From Limnochordia bacterium (GTDB lineage: Bacteria > Bacillota > Limnochordia > DTU080): 64,000 bases of DNA. Of this stretch, positions 28,945 through 38,261 are shown piece after piece. The translations under genes and the position numbers were made by a program. Under the pieces are notes generated by a model that saw only the letters and a program-made list of their open reading frames with translations, was not told the origin of the DNA and searched no databases. How positions within the stretch are numbered: the first letter of the stretch is position 1; each line of letters begins with the position of its first letter. The stretch lies in assembly GCA_050951545.1 (NCBI GenBank), contig JBMNJG010000007.1, forward strand, positions 480,001 to 544,000, read 5' to 3'.

Positions 28945-30261
28945 GTGACCTGTAGTCCCGATCTGGGTGGCGGATCTGTAGCGGTGTTTGCGTACATGCC
29001 ACGCGCGAGTCAGCAAGGATTAAGAATGGGTCTTATCATCGCTCTCATCGTGGCGCATGTGACGCTAGCAGCAGGGGCGGAGCTAAAAGGTTCCATCACG
29101 TTTGGTTGGAAGGGTACGCTACAGGCCATGGAGATCACGAAAGAGATGCTCAAAACGTTTGAACTGCAGCATCCTGATGTGGAGGTCGATTTCGTCTACC
29201 TTATGGCGGGTGGCGGGTCGTGGGAGGAGAAGCTCAAGACCATGATATTGGCTGGTTCGCCGCCCGATGTCACAAAGATGGAGTACCAGGTAGGGATGCC
29301 CCTAGCCATTGAGGGGCTGTTGCTTCCGCTCGATGGGCTAGCAGCTCGAGATCCAGAATTCAGACTTGACGCGTATTTCCCTGTGGCATTGGACGCCCAT
29401 CGATATAGGGGTCAGCTCTACGGCTTGCCGCAAGAGGCCAATCTTGGTGCTGTCTTCTACAATGCAGAGATGTTTGAGGCAGCAGGATTGCTCCCTCCAA
29501 CGGGTGATTGGAGTCACGACGATATCGTAGAGTGGGGAAAGAAGCTAGCGAAAGACATCGACGGTGATGGACTGAAGGACACATTCGCCATTGACTACTC
29601 ATGGGGCCGAACCTCTATGGAACCCCACATCCAAGCCTTTAACGGTACGGGGTATATGGCCAGTGACGGAAGTCGGACCATGCTAGGCGACCCTGGTTTC
29701 ATCCAGGCAATGCAGTGGGTGGTAGACACCGTCCATAGCTGGGGCATCGCCAACAACCCGCGTCGCTCACGCGGCTCCTTTGCGGGAGGAAATGTGGCCC
29801 TTTTCTATAACGGGCCGTGGATGATCACGGGCTTTCGCTCTGCCAAGTTCCGCTGGGATGCTGCACTGAGCCCCGTGGGGCCAAAAGGCCGCGGCACCAG
29901 GCTTAGTTCCGATGGTCTACAGATATCGCGGCAGAGCAAGTACTCTGACGCAGCCTGGGAGTTGGCCAAGTTCATGGCGGGCCAGGAGGTGCAGCTAGCA
30001 CTGGCGAAAGCAGGCTACCTGATTCCATCGTTGCGTCGGCTAGCGCAGTCTCAGACATGGCGTTCGTCACCGCCGGACTACGAACCGTTTATCCAGAGCG
30101 CAGCGTGGAGCTTGCCGGAGGTGATCGTGCCTCGCCTCAGTGAGGTCCGACGCATCTATGATAACGCTCTGAACGCCTCATGGCTACTTGAGCAGACACC
30201 GCAAGCGGCTTTCAGCCAGGCTGCAGCTCAGATCAACGCCTTGTTGCGGGAGAACAAGTAG
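28945..30261 (+). CDS. ABC transporter sugar-binding protein (family 1)
   Basis: FELQHPDVEV, AGSPPDV, GQLYGLP, FYNAEMF and DIDGDG; start uncertain. Confidence 0.88.
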   Translation: MTCSPDLGGGSVAVFAYMPRASQQGLRMGLIIALIVAHVTLAAGAELKGSITFGWKGTLQAMEITKEMLKTFELQHPDVEVDFVYLMAGGGSWEEKLKTMILAGSPPDVTKMEYQVGMPLAIEGLLLPLDGLAARDPEFRLDAYFPVALDAHRYRGQLYGLPQEANLGAVFYNAEMFEAAGLLPPTGDWSHDDIVEWGKKLAKDIDGDGLKDTFAIDYSWGRTSMEPHIQAFNGTGYMASDGSRTMLGDPGFIQAMQWVVDTVHSWGIANNPRRSRGSFAGGNVALFYNGPWMITGFRSAKFRWDAALSPVGPKGRGTRLSSDGLQISRQSKYSDAAWELAKFMAGQEVQLALAKAGYLIPSLRRLAQSQTWRSSPPDYEPFIQSAAWSLPEVIVPRLSEVRRIYDNALNASWLLEQTPQAAFSQAAAQINALLRENK

Positions 30262-30333
30262 AAGCACACATGGGGGCCTGGCTGGTGCACGAGTTGCGAC
30301 AGAGAGGCTCTATGGCTTGGGCAGGGTAGAAGA

Positions 30334-31614
30334 TTGCTCCAGGGGGTCATGATAGTGTTCTCGAAAAAACAGAGGATCCTGGTGTACGTAGTCGGCTTGG
30401 CGCTGTTGGTGGCGCCAGCAGCTCTCGCTAAGCAGACACTGCGTGTGCAGATCATTCTTGGCGCAGCGGCGACTAAGTACATTAACGACAGCATCATCCC
30501 AGAGTTCGAACGAACCCATGATGTCATTGTACAGATGGAGACAGTCAATTGGAATACTCGCATGGAGAAGCTGCTGATTACTACGGCGGGTGGGGTTCCG
30601 CCTGATGTCTTCATGAGCGGGGCCGAACACATCTTGGAGTTGGTACAGGCCAACCTGATCGCTCCCCTAGACAGGGAGTTCGCCACGTGGCGTGATCGCA
30701 ATGACTTCTTTCCACCCACTTTTGGTAGCTCGGTCTGGCAGGGATCGAACTATGGAGTGCCCATCTACACAGGGCCACGAACGTGGTGGTACAGGACTGA
30801 CCTGTTTGAGCTCACGGGTCTCGACCCCAACAGTCCGCCTTCCACGTGGGAGGAGCTGCTTGTAGCCGCGAAAAAGCTGACGCGCACCGAAGGTAGTACG
30901 GTCGTTCGGCAGGGGTATGATCTGTCGCGTTGGACGGGTACTGCGAGTGGCTTTGGCAAGATCCAGGACTATGTCACGTACCTCTGGCAAAATGATGGTG
31001 AGTTGGTTGACGCCGAGTACCAGCCGTTGTTCCATTCACAGGAGGGGCTTGAGACACTACAGTTCCTCGTGGAACTGAAAGAGACGGTAAGACCTCCGGG
31101 CTATGATCTGGCTATCCCAGGGGGCTCAGGCAGTGCCTTCATCAAGGGTGCGGCGGCCATCTATCTGTTTGGTGCGGGAACCGCTTCGGAGGTCCATAAC
31201 ATAGCGCCTGGCCTCGTCGACTCGGTGAGAGCCATACTTCCGGTGATTGGTAAGAAGACGCAGGTTACTACGGTTTTCAGTGACTGGTTGGGTATCCATC
31301 CCCAGAGCCCAAACAGGGATGTGGCGTGGGCCTTTGTCCAGGCGCTGACACAGCCGAAGGCGCTAGTGGATATCAACGCTGAGTTGGGATTACTATCGCC
31401 CCGGCGTTCCACTGTCAACGAATTCGTACGGCGCAGGCCGCTGGTGCGCTATCTCTACGATACGCTCAATTACTGTCGCGCCTTTCCTGTCTACCCCAAG
31501 TCAGTGGAGCTGGCCAATGCCTTTGGTGCGGAGTACACCCGGGCCATCGAGGGTCAAGCCGCTCCGCACACGGTGTTAGAGGAGGCTGCAAGACGGGTGG
31601 CGGGTCATTCTTAG
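30334..31614 (+). CDS. ABC transporter sugar-binding protein (family 1)
   Basis: Type I signal peptide (..APAALA), AGGVPPDV, YGVP and PPSTWEEL. Confidence 0.88.
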   Translation: MLQGVMIVFSKKQRILVYVVGLALLVAPAALAKQTLRVQIILGAAATKYINDSIIPEFERTHDVIVQMETVNWNTRMEKLLITTAGGVPPDVFMSGAEHILELVQANLIAPLDREFATWRDRNDFFPPTFGSSVWQGSNYGVPIYTGPRTWWYRTDLFELTGLDPNSPPSTWEELLVAAKKLTRTEGSTVVRQGYDLSRWTGTASGFGKIQDYVTYLWQNDGELVDAEYQPLFHSQEGLETLQFLVELKETVRPPGYDLAIPGGSGSAFIKGAAAIYLFGAGTASEVHNIAPGLVDSVRAILPVIGKKTQVTTVFSDWLGIHPQSPNRDVAWAFVQALTQPKALVDINAELGLLSPRRSTVNEFVRRRPLVRYLYDTLNYCRAFPVYPKSVELANAFGAEYTRAIEGQAAPHTVLEEAARRVAGHS

Positions 31615-31700
31615 CGACGCCAACTAGAGGATGATCTGCAGGTTTCATTGAGGCGGCCAATGTGTTGCGCTGTTTGTGTATTGAGATAATAGCGAGCATG

Positions 31701-31737
31701 AGAGGGCAGGGTTGTTCTTGACCCCGCCCTCTTCTTT
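31701..31737 (+). terminator. Rho-independent terminator
   Basis: AGAGGGC-AGGGTT...GACCCC-GCCCTCT stem followed by TCTTT. Confidence 0.55.
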
Positions 31738-31954
31738 GTGCCACATAGCTGCAGCCTTATATGCCTAAAGTCATAGTACCAAACGACGGTCCTGTCTTGT
31801 GGGACTGGGTACTTGGAGGCCTTAACCAGCGAAATCATGGGGCAAAGGTACCGTTTCCTCGAAATTGGCGGGATGCTGGAAGGGATCAGTGTCTCTATGT
31901 CGTAATGCATAGCGATACACAGTGACGCGTGTCACAATGAGGGAGTGCATATGG

Positions 31955-32347
31955 GTGCCTGGGCATATGAACGGGTTACGCGGAACTGGCTACACCGGGG
32001 GTATTCTGGAGCGAACCCTGGATGCCCTGGGTTTGAGGCACAGGGTTACAGCTCATAATGTGGCGAACGTCAGCACTCCGGGATACAAGCCGCTCCAAGT
32101 CACCTTTGAGCAGGCGCTGCGCCGAGCGCTTGCTGACGAGTCGCTCTCTGGGCGCACAGTCTCAGATATTCCGCTGCGCGTGGTCGAGAGCACTGGCGGC
32201 CGTGTGCGTGAAGACGGTAACGGTGTCGATATTGATCAGGAAATGGCCACCGTGGCTAAGACGACGATCGCCTACAACGCTGTGACGCAGCAGTGGAGTG
32301 GTCTGTACACTCGCCTACGTATGGCGGTGAGGGAGGGACGGCGGTAG
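31955..32347 (+). CDS. flgB: Flagellar basal-body rod protein FlgB
   Basis: AHNVANVSTPGYK and DGNGVDIDQEM; start uncertain. Confidence 0.9.
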   Translation: MPGHMNGLRGTGYTGGILERTLDALGLRHRVTAHNVANVSTPGYKPLQVTFEQALRRALADESLSGRTVSDIPLRVVESTGGRVREDGNGVDIDQEMATVAKTTIAYNAVTQQWSGLYTRLRMAVREGRR

Positions 32348-32784
32348 TGGCCTTGTTTCGTGGTCTGGATATCAGTGCCTCCGGATTGACGGCTGAGCGG
32401 TTGCGCATGGATGTGATTGCCAGTAACGTGGCTAACGCCGTGAGTACCCGTAGCGACCGGGGAGGAGCCTATCGCCGCATCGTGGCGGTCTTGGGAGCCC
32501 GAGAGGATGGCGAACGAGTGTATCGGCCTTCGGGAGAGGTGACATTTCGTGGGGCGGGCGTGCGAGTGTTACGCCTTGTAGAAGATCCTTCTCCTTTTCG
32601 GTTGATCTATGACCCCGCACATCCAGACGCCAGGGCCGATGGATATGTAGAGATGCCCAATGTTGATCCGGTGACCGAGATGGTTGATCTGATCTCAGCA
32701 ACCCGGGCCTACGAAGCCAACGTCACGGTGCTCAATGCTGCGAAGCAGATGGCCATGAAGGCTCTGGAAATCGGTAGAGCGTGA
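32347..32784 (+). CDS. flgC: Flagellar basal-body rod protein FlgC
   Basis: ISASGLTAERLRMDVIASNVAN and YDPAHPDA..DGYVEMPNV. Confidence 0.95.
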   Translation: MALFRGLDISASGLTAERLRMDVIASNVANAVSTRSDRGGAYRRIVAVLGAREDGERVYRPSGEVTFRGAGVRVLRLVEDPSPFRLIYDPAHPDARADGYVEMPNVDPVTEMVDLISATRAYEANVTVLNAAKQMAMKALEIGRA

Positions 32785-32800
32785 ATGAGGGGGAAGGCAG

Positions 32801-33079
32801 ATGCAGGTTGCTCGCATCGGCTCGTCGGCAGCAGCCTCTTCACAGGTGCAGCGGGAAGATGTGGGCTTTGCACAGACGCTAGCCAGAGCCGTCGGCGCAG
32901 TGAATCGACAGGAACTGGAGGCACAGCAAGCGGGCCTCCAGTTGGCAAGTGGCGAGATCACTGATGTCCATACGGTGATGATCGCGGCGGAAAAGGCAGA
33001 GCTAGCCCTGGATCTCACCCTAGCTGTTCGGAATAAGGTCTTGGAGGCCTACCAAGAGATTATGCGCATGCAGATTTAG
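32801..33079 (+). CDS. fliE: Hook-basal body protein FliE
   Basis: VRNKVLEAYQEIMRMQI. Confidence 0.95.
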   Translation: MQVARIGSSAAASSQVQREDVGFAQTLARAVGAVNRQELEAQQAGLQLASGEITDVHTVMIAAEKAELALDLTLAVRNKVLEAYQEIMRMQI

Positions 33080-33098
33080 GGGTTGAAGGGGACAAAGA

Positions 33099-34658
33099 AT
33101 GGGTGCTTTCGGCGCCATAGGTGAGGCTTGGCAGCAACTCTTGTCTGCGTGGGCAAAGCTGAGACCAGTTCAGAAGTGGTGCACCGCTGCAATCGGTGTC
33201 ATCGTGTTTGGTGGACTTATCGTCTTGATCCTGCGGACCAGTACCCCCGAGTACGTGCCGCTGTACGCAAATCTCCACGAGAGTGACGCTGCGGAGGTCG
33301 TTACGGCCTTGAGGGAGGCAGATGTCAGCTATCGACTCGCCGCCCAAGGCACGGCCATCTTGGTTCCACGGCGGCACGTGTATCAAACTCGTCTAGACCT
33401 AGCAGCGAAGGGGCTACCAAAGCAGGGCGTTGTCGGATTCGAGATATTCCAACAGGTCTCATTCGGCAGTACCGACTTCGAGAGAAACGTGAAGTACGTC
33501 TGGGCTCTGCAGGGCGAACTGACGCGCACCATCCGCGAGTACGATGCTGTTGAGAACGCCCGAGTACATATCTCCCTTCCTGAAAAGAGTCTCTTTGTGC
33601 GAGAGCAGCGGCCCGCAAGTGCGTCTGTATTATTGCAGCTACGGCCGGGGTCCAAGCTCAGCCAGGGGCAGGTTAATGGCATCGCTTACCTGATAGCACG
33701 TAGTGTGGAGTCACTTGATCCTGCTGACGTCACGATTGTGGATACTGCAGGGAATCTACTTTCCCAGCCTGCCGATGCGCAGGCAGCGGTTGGGACTGTG
33801 GCCATGCAACGCTTGGAGATTCAGAGAGCCTTCGAACAGGACGTGGAACGCCATCTACAGTCTATGCTAGAGCCGCTGTATGGAGTTGGCAAAGCCTTGG
33901 TAAGAGTGAAGGCGGACATGAACTTCGACAGTGAAGAGGAGACCCTGGAGATCTTTGAGCCAGCTGCATCTGACGGGTTGGTGCGTAGCTCAAAGACCCT
34001 GGAAGAGATCTCGGACAGTATGCCCGTTGCCAGTGGGACAGCCGGGGTGATGGCGAACACGCCGGACCAGCCGATCCCTACCTATACGACGCCTGACGGT
34101 GAGGGAGGCAGTGGCAGGTATCAGCGTAGATCAGCGGAGATCGCCTACGAGGTGAACCGGACTGAACGTCGGCGAGTCGTGGCTCCCGGGGGTCTTCTCG
34201 GACTGTCGGTAGCAGTTTGGATTGATGGCAATCTTCCCGCTGCCGAAAGGGAGCAGGTACGGGGTACCATCATAGCCGCCATTGGCGGCAATAGGCGTGG
34301 TGACGATGTCGTTACTGTCGAAAGCATGCCTTTTCGCTCCGGCCTGCAGGAGTCAGAGACCGATGGCTTTGACCCGAGGCAGGATGCGCGCCAGCCTTTG
34401 CGCCTGTCTCTGTGGATCAGAATCGGAGCGTTGGCAGGTCTTCTCTTTGCGCTTGTGCTCTCAGCAGTATTGTGGGGTCGGCGGCGTCCGCAGGTAGACA
34501 CCGCTATGCCCGAGGTGGCAGCGACTCAGGAGCAGACGCTGGCCACGGTCGCTGCCCCTGATGAGAATGCTCTGCGCCGCAGTAGGGTGGAGGAGTTCGC
34601 CCGCGAGAAGCCTGCGGAGTTCGCTAGGCTGGTGCGCACATGGCTAGCAGAGGAGTAA
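33099..34658 (+). CDS. fliF: MS-ring protein FliF
   Basis: GFEIF, ALQGELTRTI, ARVHISLP and two TM segments. Confidence 0.95.
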   Translation: MGAFGAIGEAWQQLLSAWAKLRPVQKWCTAAIGVIVFGGLIVLILRTSTPEYVPLYANLHESDAAEVVTALREADVSYRLAAQGTAILVPRRHVYQTRLDLAAKGLPKQGVVGFEIFQQVSFGSTDFERNVKYVWALQGELTRTIREYDAVENARVHISLPEKSLFVREQRPASASVLLQLRPGSKLSQGQVNGIAYLIARSVESLDPADVTIVDTAGNLLSQPADAQAAVGTVAMQRLEIQRAFEQDVERHLQSMLEPLYGVGKALVRVKADMNFDSEEETLEIFEPAASDGLVRSSKTLEEISDSMPVASGTAGVMANTPDQPIPTYTTPDGEGGSGRYQRRSAEIAYEVNRTERRRVVAPGGLLGLSVAVWIDGNLPAAEREQVRGTIIAAIGGNRRGDDVVTVESMPFRSGLQESETDGFDPRQDARQPLRLSLWIRIGALAGLLFALVLSAVLWGRRRPQVDTAMPEVAATQEQTLATVAAPDENALRRSRVEEFAREKPAEFARLVRTWLAEE

Positions 34659-34716
34659 GGGAGTTGGATGGCGACAGTGTCTGCCATCCGATCGACAAAG
34701 GGGGTCACAGGAGACA

Positions 34717-35760
34717 GTGAGTGTTTCGCAGCCGCTCGTGCCGAGTGCCGGTGCCCTTCCGGGTCGCCTAAGTGGCAAGCAGAAAGCCGCTGTCTTGCTG
34801 GTCTCACTGGGCCCAGATCTGGCGGCAGCGGTGTTTCGGCACCTGAGCGAAAGCGAGATAGAGGTGCTGACGCAGACGATTTCCGTCATGCCCCCGGTGG
34901 CACCTGATACTCGCGACTCTGTGCTGAAGGAGTTCCACAGCATGCTTGCCGGCAACGCGTTCAGCGATCCCGCTGGTCCTGAGTACGCCATGACTTTGCT
35001 ACAGCGCTCCCTTGGATCCGACAAGGCGGCCACGATCATGGACCGGGTGGCAGAAAGAGTTAAGGAACCACCTCTGAATGTAGCGAGAAGAGCTGAACCT
35101 GCGCAGCTCGCCGAGTTCATTCGTAACGAACATCCACAGACCATCGCCGTGATCTTGGCGCACTTGCGTCCGAGTCAGGCTGGGGCAGTACTGTCAAGCC
35201 TGCCGCCGGAAAGGCAGGTGGAGGTGGCCGGGCGACTCGCTACTTTGGACCGGACAACGCCTGAGTTGCTCAAGGAGATCGAGAACGTGTTACACAGGCA
35301 CCTGGCACCCATGGGTACGCAAGAGATGCAGGTGGCGGGTGGTGTAGAGGTGGTAGTTGATGTCCTCAACCGCGTGGACAGAGCTACGGAGAAGACGATA
35401 CTCGATGGGCTGAGAATGCAGTACCCCGATCTGGCGGAAGAGATCAAGAAACACATGCTGGTGTTTGAGGATATCGTGCGGCTCGATCCGCGCTCCATGC
35501 AGCGGGTCATTCGCGATGTCGACGCAGCCGAATGGGCCTTAGCCCTCAAGGTGGCCAGCGATGAGGTCGTGAACCACGTGTTCGCCAACATGTCGAAACG
35601 GTTAGCAGATCTGGTACGAGAGGAGATCGGGTATCTGGGTCTTGTGCGATTGCGTGAAGTTGAGGAGGCCCAGCAGCGCATTGTGGGCCTGATTCGTCGT
35701 CTTGAGGAAGCAGGCGAGGTAATCGTCGCTCGCAGCGAGGAGGATGAGGTCTTTGTCTAG
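34717..35760 (+). CDS. fliG: Motor switch protein FliG
   Basis: QKAAVLLVSLG, EHPQTIA, GGVE and EAQQRIV..IRRLEEAGE. Confidence 0.95.
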   Translation: MSVSQPLVPSAGALPGRLSGKQKAAVLLVSLGPDLAAAVFRHLSESEIEVLTQTISVMPPVAPDTRDSVLKEFHSMLAGNAFSDPAGPEYAMTLLQRSLGSDKAATIMDRVAERVKEPPLNVARRAEPAQLAEFIRNEHPQTIAVILAHLRPSQAGAVLSSLPPERQVEVAGRLATLDRTTPELLKEIENVLHRHLAPMGTQEMQVAGGVEVVVDVLNRVDRATEKTILDGLRMQYPDLAEEIKKHMLVFEDIVRLDPRSMQRVIRDVDAAEWALALKVASDEVVNHVFANMSKRLADLVREEIGYLGLVRLREVEEAQQRIVGLIRRLEEAGEVIVARSEEDEVFV

Positions 35761-36460
35761 CATCATTAAGGCCAATGCCCTAGGTCATCGCTCGCTGCTG
35801 GCGCGTGGAAGCTGGCATACGAGAGGGGCTACCCAGACGACTATCCGTGATGCGGCGCAGTTGCTGAGTCAGGCACGCCAAGAAGCCGCGGCCCTATTGG
35901 CAGCAGCGGAAGTGGAATCCCGGGCTCTGCGAGAGACAGCGCGCAGCGACGGCTACCGCGAGGGGCTGCAAGCGGGGCGCGAACAGGGGCACAAGCAGGG
36001 TGTTGAGGAGGGTCTGGCCGCGGGATGGGAAAGCGGCTTGGCACAAGTGCGCAAAGCGCTCGAGGTGGCCCGAGACGTCGTGTCGGCTGCAGAAGAGACC
36101 AAGAGCCAGGCCTTCGTCGCTATGCAGGCCGAAATCGTGGAACTCGCTGTAGCCATTGCTGAGAAGATCGTACACGGGGAAATCGCGCGAAATGATCAGT
36201 ACCTGCAGCGGGTAGTCAGTGATGCTCTGGAGCAGTTGAGACAGCCAGGGCCCATCGTCGTGCGGGTGTCTGCAGGTACTGAGAGCACACACACAGACGC
36301 AATAGGCGTTCTGCAGGACATGGCAGTAGAGATGCAGGTGATCGCAGATGAGACACTTGCGCCGGGGGACTGTGTTATCGAGACCGAAGGTGGTTTGCTT
36401 GATGGTCGGCTATCCACTCGGTTAGCCAACATACGTCAGGCGCTGCGAGGTGTTGAGTGA
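35744..36460 (+). CDS. fliH: Export apparatus protein FliH
   Basis: GxxxG repeats (GYREGLQAG..G), GDCVIET..G.LDG; gene position. Confidence 0.88.
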   Translation: MRSLSSIIKANALGHRSLLARGSWHTRGATQTTIRDAAQLLSQARQEAAALLAAAEVESRALRETARSDGYREGLQAGREQGHKQGVEEGLAAGWESGLAQVRKALEVARDVVSAAEETKSQAFVAMQAEIVELAVAIAEKIVHGEIARNDQYLQRVVSDALEQLRQPGPIVVRVSAGTESTHTDAIGVLQDMAVEMQVIADETLAPGDCVIETEGGLLDGRLSTRLANIRQALRGVE

Positions 36461-37830
36461 TGGCTGCCGTGGGCGAAGCTCTGGCGAGCCCTTCCTTTAA
36501 TATCGACCGCTATCTGGCCGCTCTCCGTCAAGCTCCCGATTGGGAGCAGGTGGGGTCTGTTACGCGAGTGATCGGTCTCACGGTTGAGGCGAGCGGCCTG
36601 CGGGCCAGCATCGGTGACACCTGTCTTATTGAGGCTGACAGGATGGATTGTGCAGGCCAGGGGTGTCGGGAGGATGTCCCCGCAGAGGTAGTCGGTTTTC
36701 GCGATGGGCGCATTCTCATGATGCCCCTGGGCGAACTGGCTGGTATTGCCCCTGGTGCTCGGGTGATCGCTACGGGTCGATCACTGGGGGTGAGTGTCGG
36801 GCCAGGGCTTGTGGGGCGGGTGCTCAATGCTCTGGGCGAGCCCATCGATGGGCTGGGGTCTCTGGCGGTCCATGTAACCCGCCCTGTGCATGGACGAGCG
36901 CCGGACCCCATGGAGCGCCAACTAATAGCGGCCCCTCTGGAGGTGGGGGTGAAGGCGATTGACGGCTTGGTCACCTGTGGCAAGGGACAGCGGTTGGCGA
37001 TCATGGCTGGCAGCGGGGTGGGCAAGAGCATCTTGCTCGGCATGATGGCTCGCCATACGGCGGCAGACGTGAACTGCATCGCCCTTGTGGGTGAGCGGGG
37101 TCGAGAGGTTCGGGAGTTTTTGGAGCGTGATCTGGGACCGGAGGGTCTGGCTCGTTCTGTAGTCGTCGTGGCCACCGCGGATGAGCCACCACTGCTGCGT
37201 ATCAGAGGGGCCCTCGTAGCCACGGCCATAGCTGAATACTTCCGAAATCAGGGCCAAGACGTACTGCTCATGATGGATTCCTTGACTCGTTTCGCCATGG
37301 CCCAGCGCGAAGTGGGGCTGGCGGTTGGTGAGCCGCCTACTTCGCGGGGCTATACACCGTCGGTCTTCAGTCTGTTACCCAAGTTACTCGAGCGCACAGG
37401 CCCTGGAAAGATCGGCACCATCACGGGCTTTTATACGGTCTTGGTGGAAGGGGACGATCTCACTGAGCCCATCGCAGATGCAGTACGCAGCATCGTCGAT
37501 GGACACCTGGTGCTCTCCAGAACGTTGGCTGAGCGCAACCACTATCCGGCGATCGACGTACTCGCCAGCGTCAGCCGGGTGATGAACCAAGTGACGAGCC
37601 ATGAGCATCGTGTGGCAGCGGGGAAAATTCGCGACCTTCTAGCCACATTCCGAGATGCGGAGGACCTGGTGAATGTCGGCGCTTACAAGGCAGGCTCGAA
37701 CCCACGCATAGACCGAGCTCTGGCCTCGATAGACTCGATCAACGCCTTTTTGTGCCAAGATCGTAACGAGTCTAGTCCGTGGGCCGATACCATGCACTCG
37801 CTGCGTGCACTGACTGCGGGGGATGCGTAG
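36457..37830 (+). CDS. fliI: Flagellar export ATPase FliI
   Basis: AGSGVGKS Walker A, GERGREV and LLMMDSLTRFAMAQRE. Confidence 0.95.
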   Translation: MMAAVGEALASPSFNIDRYLAALRQAPDWEQVGSVTRVIGLTVEASGLRASIGDTCLIEADRMDCAGQGCREDVPAEVVGFRDGRILMMPLGELAGIAPGARVIATGRSLGVSVGPGLVGRVLNALGEPIDGLGSLAVHVTRPVHGRAPDPMERQLIAAPLEVGVKAIDGLVTCGKGQRLAIMAGSGVGKSILLGMMARHTAADVNCIALVGERGREVREFLERDLGPEGLARSVVVVATADEPPLLRIRGALVATAIAEYFRNQGQDVLLMMDSLTRFAMAQREVGLAVGEPPTSRGYTPSVFSLLPKLLERTGPGKIGTITGFYTVLVEGDDLTEPIADAVRSIVDGHLVLSRTLAERNHYPAIDVLASVSRVMNQVTSHEHRVAAGKIRDLLATFRDAEDLVNVGAYKAGSNPRIDRALASIDSINAFLCQDRNESSPWADTMHSLRALTAGDA

Positions 37831-37832
37831 AG

Positions 37833-38261
37833 ATGGCTGCGTTTCGGTTGGCGCGTCTTCTACATGTGTACAGGCGGCAAGAAGAAAACTGCCGCTGGGT
37901 GTGCGGGCAGGCTGAGAGGCACCTGGCAGCGGTGGCCCGCGCCCTGCAGGAGCTCATTGCAGAGATTGTGGACTCAGGGTGTACGCCAGGGTTTACGGAT
38001 AGCGAGCGTGTGCGCAGGTTGTGGTTGTACCGTAGCGCTCTAGGCGAAGGGCTGACCAGACTCCGGCAAGATCTCAGAGACGCGGAGGCAGAATTGGTTG
38101 CGGCTCGCTCAGAATATCTGGCCGTCCGACGGCGCCGAAAAACTCTGGAGGCCTTGCAGGAACGACATGCAGCACAGGACAGGCTGGAGAGAGCACGTCA
38201 GGAACAGGTGCTGCTTGATGAAGCTGGCCTCAATACCTACTGGCGTGAGGTGGAGCGATGA
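37833..38261 (+). CDS. fliJ: Flagellar export protein FliJ
   Basis: FRLARLL..R N-terminus, coiled coil, EQ..LDE C-terminus; follows fliI. Confidence 0.8.
   Translation: MAAFRLARLLHVYRRQEENCRWVCGQAERHLAAVARALQELIAEIVDSGCTPGFTDSERVRRLWLYRSALGEGLTRLRQDLRDAEAELVAARSEYLAVRRRRKTLEALQERHAAQDRLERARQEQVLLDEAGLNTYWREVER

Noticed and set aside
31835-31900. Possible c-di-GMP-I riboswitch upstream of flgB (GGGCAAA...GAAA...GGATGC)
   Set aside because: Arms flanking GAAA do not pair, and the GCAAA receptor and P3 elements are missing.
34668-34907. 79-aa ORF with apparent SD between fliF and fliG
   Set aside because: Out of frame and mostly overlapping fliG, no recognisable motifs, and its ATG sits in a hairpin (GGATGGC/GCCATCC).
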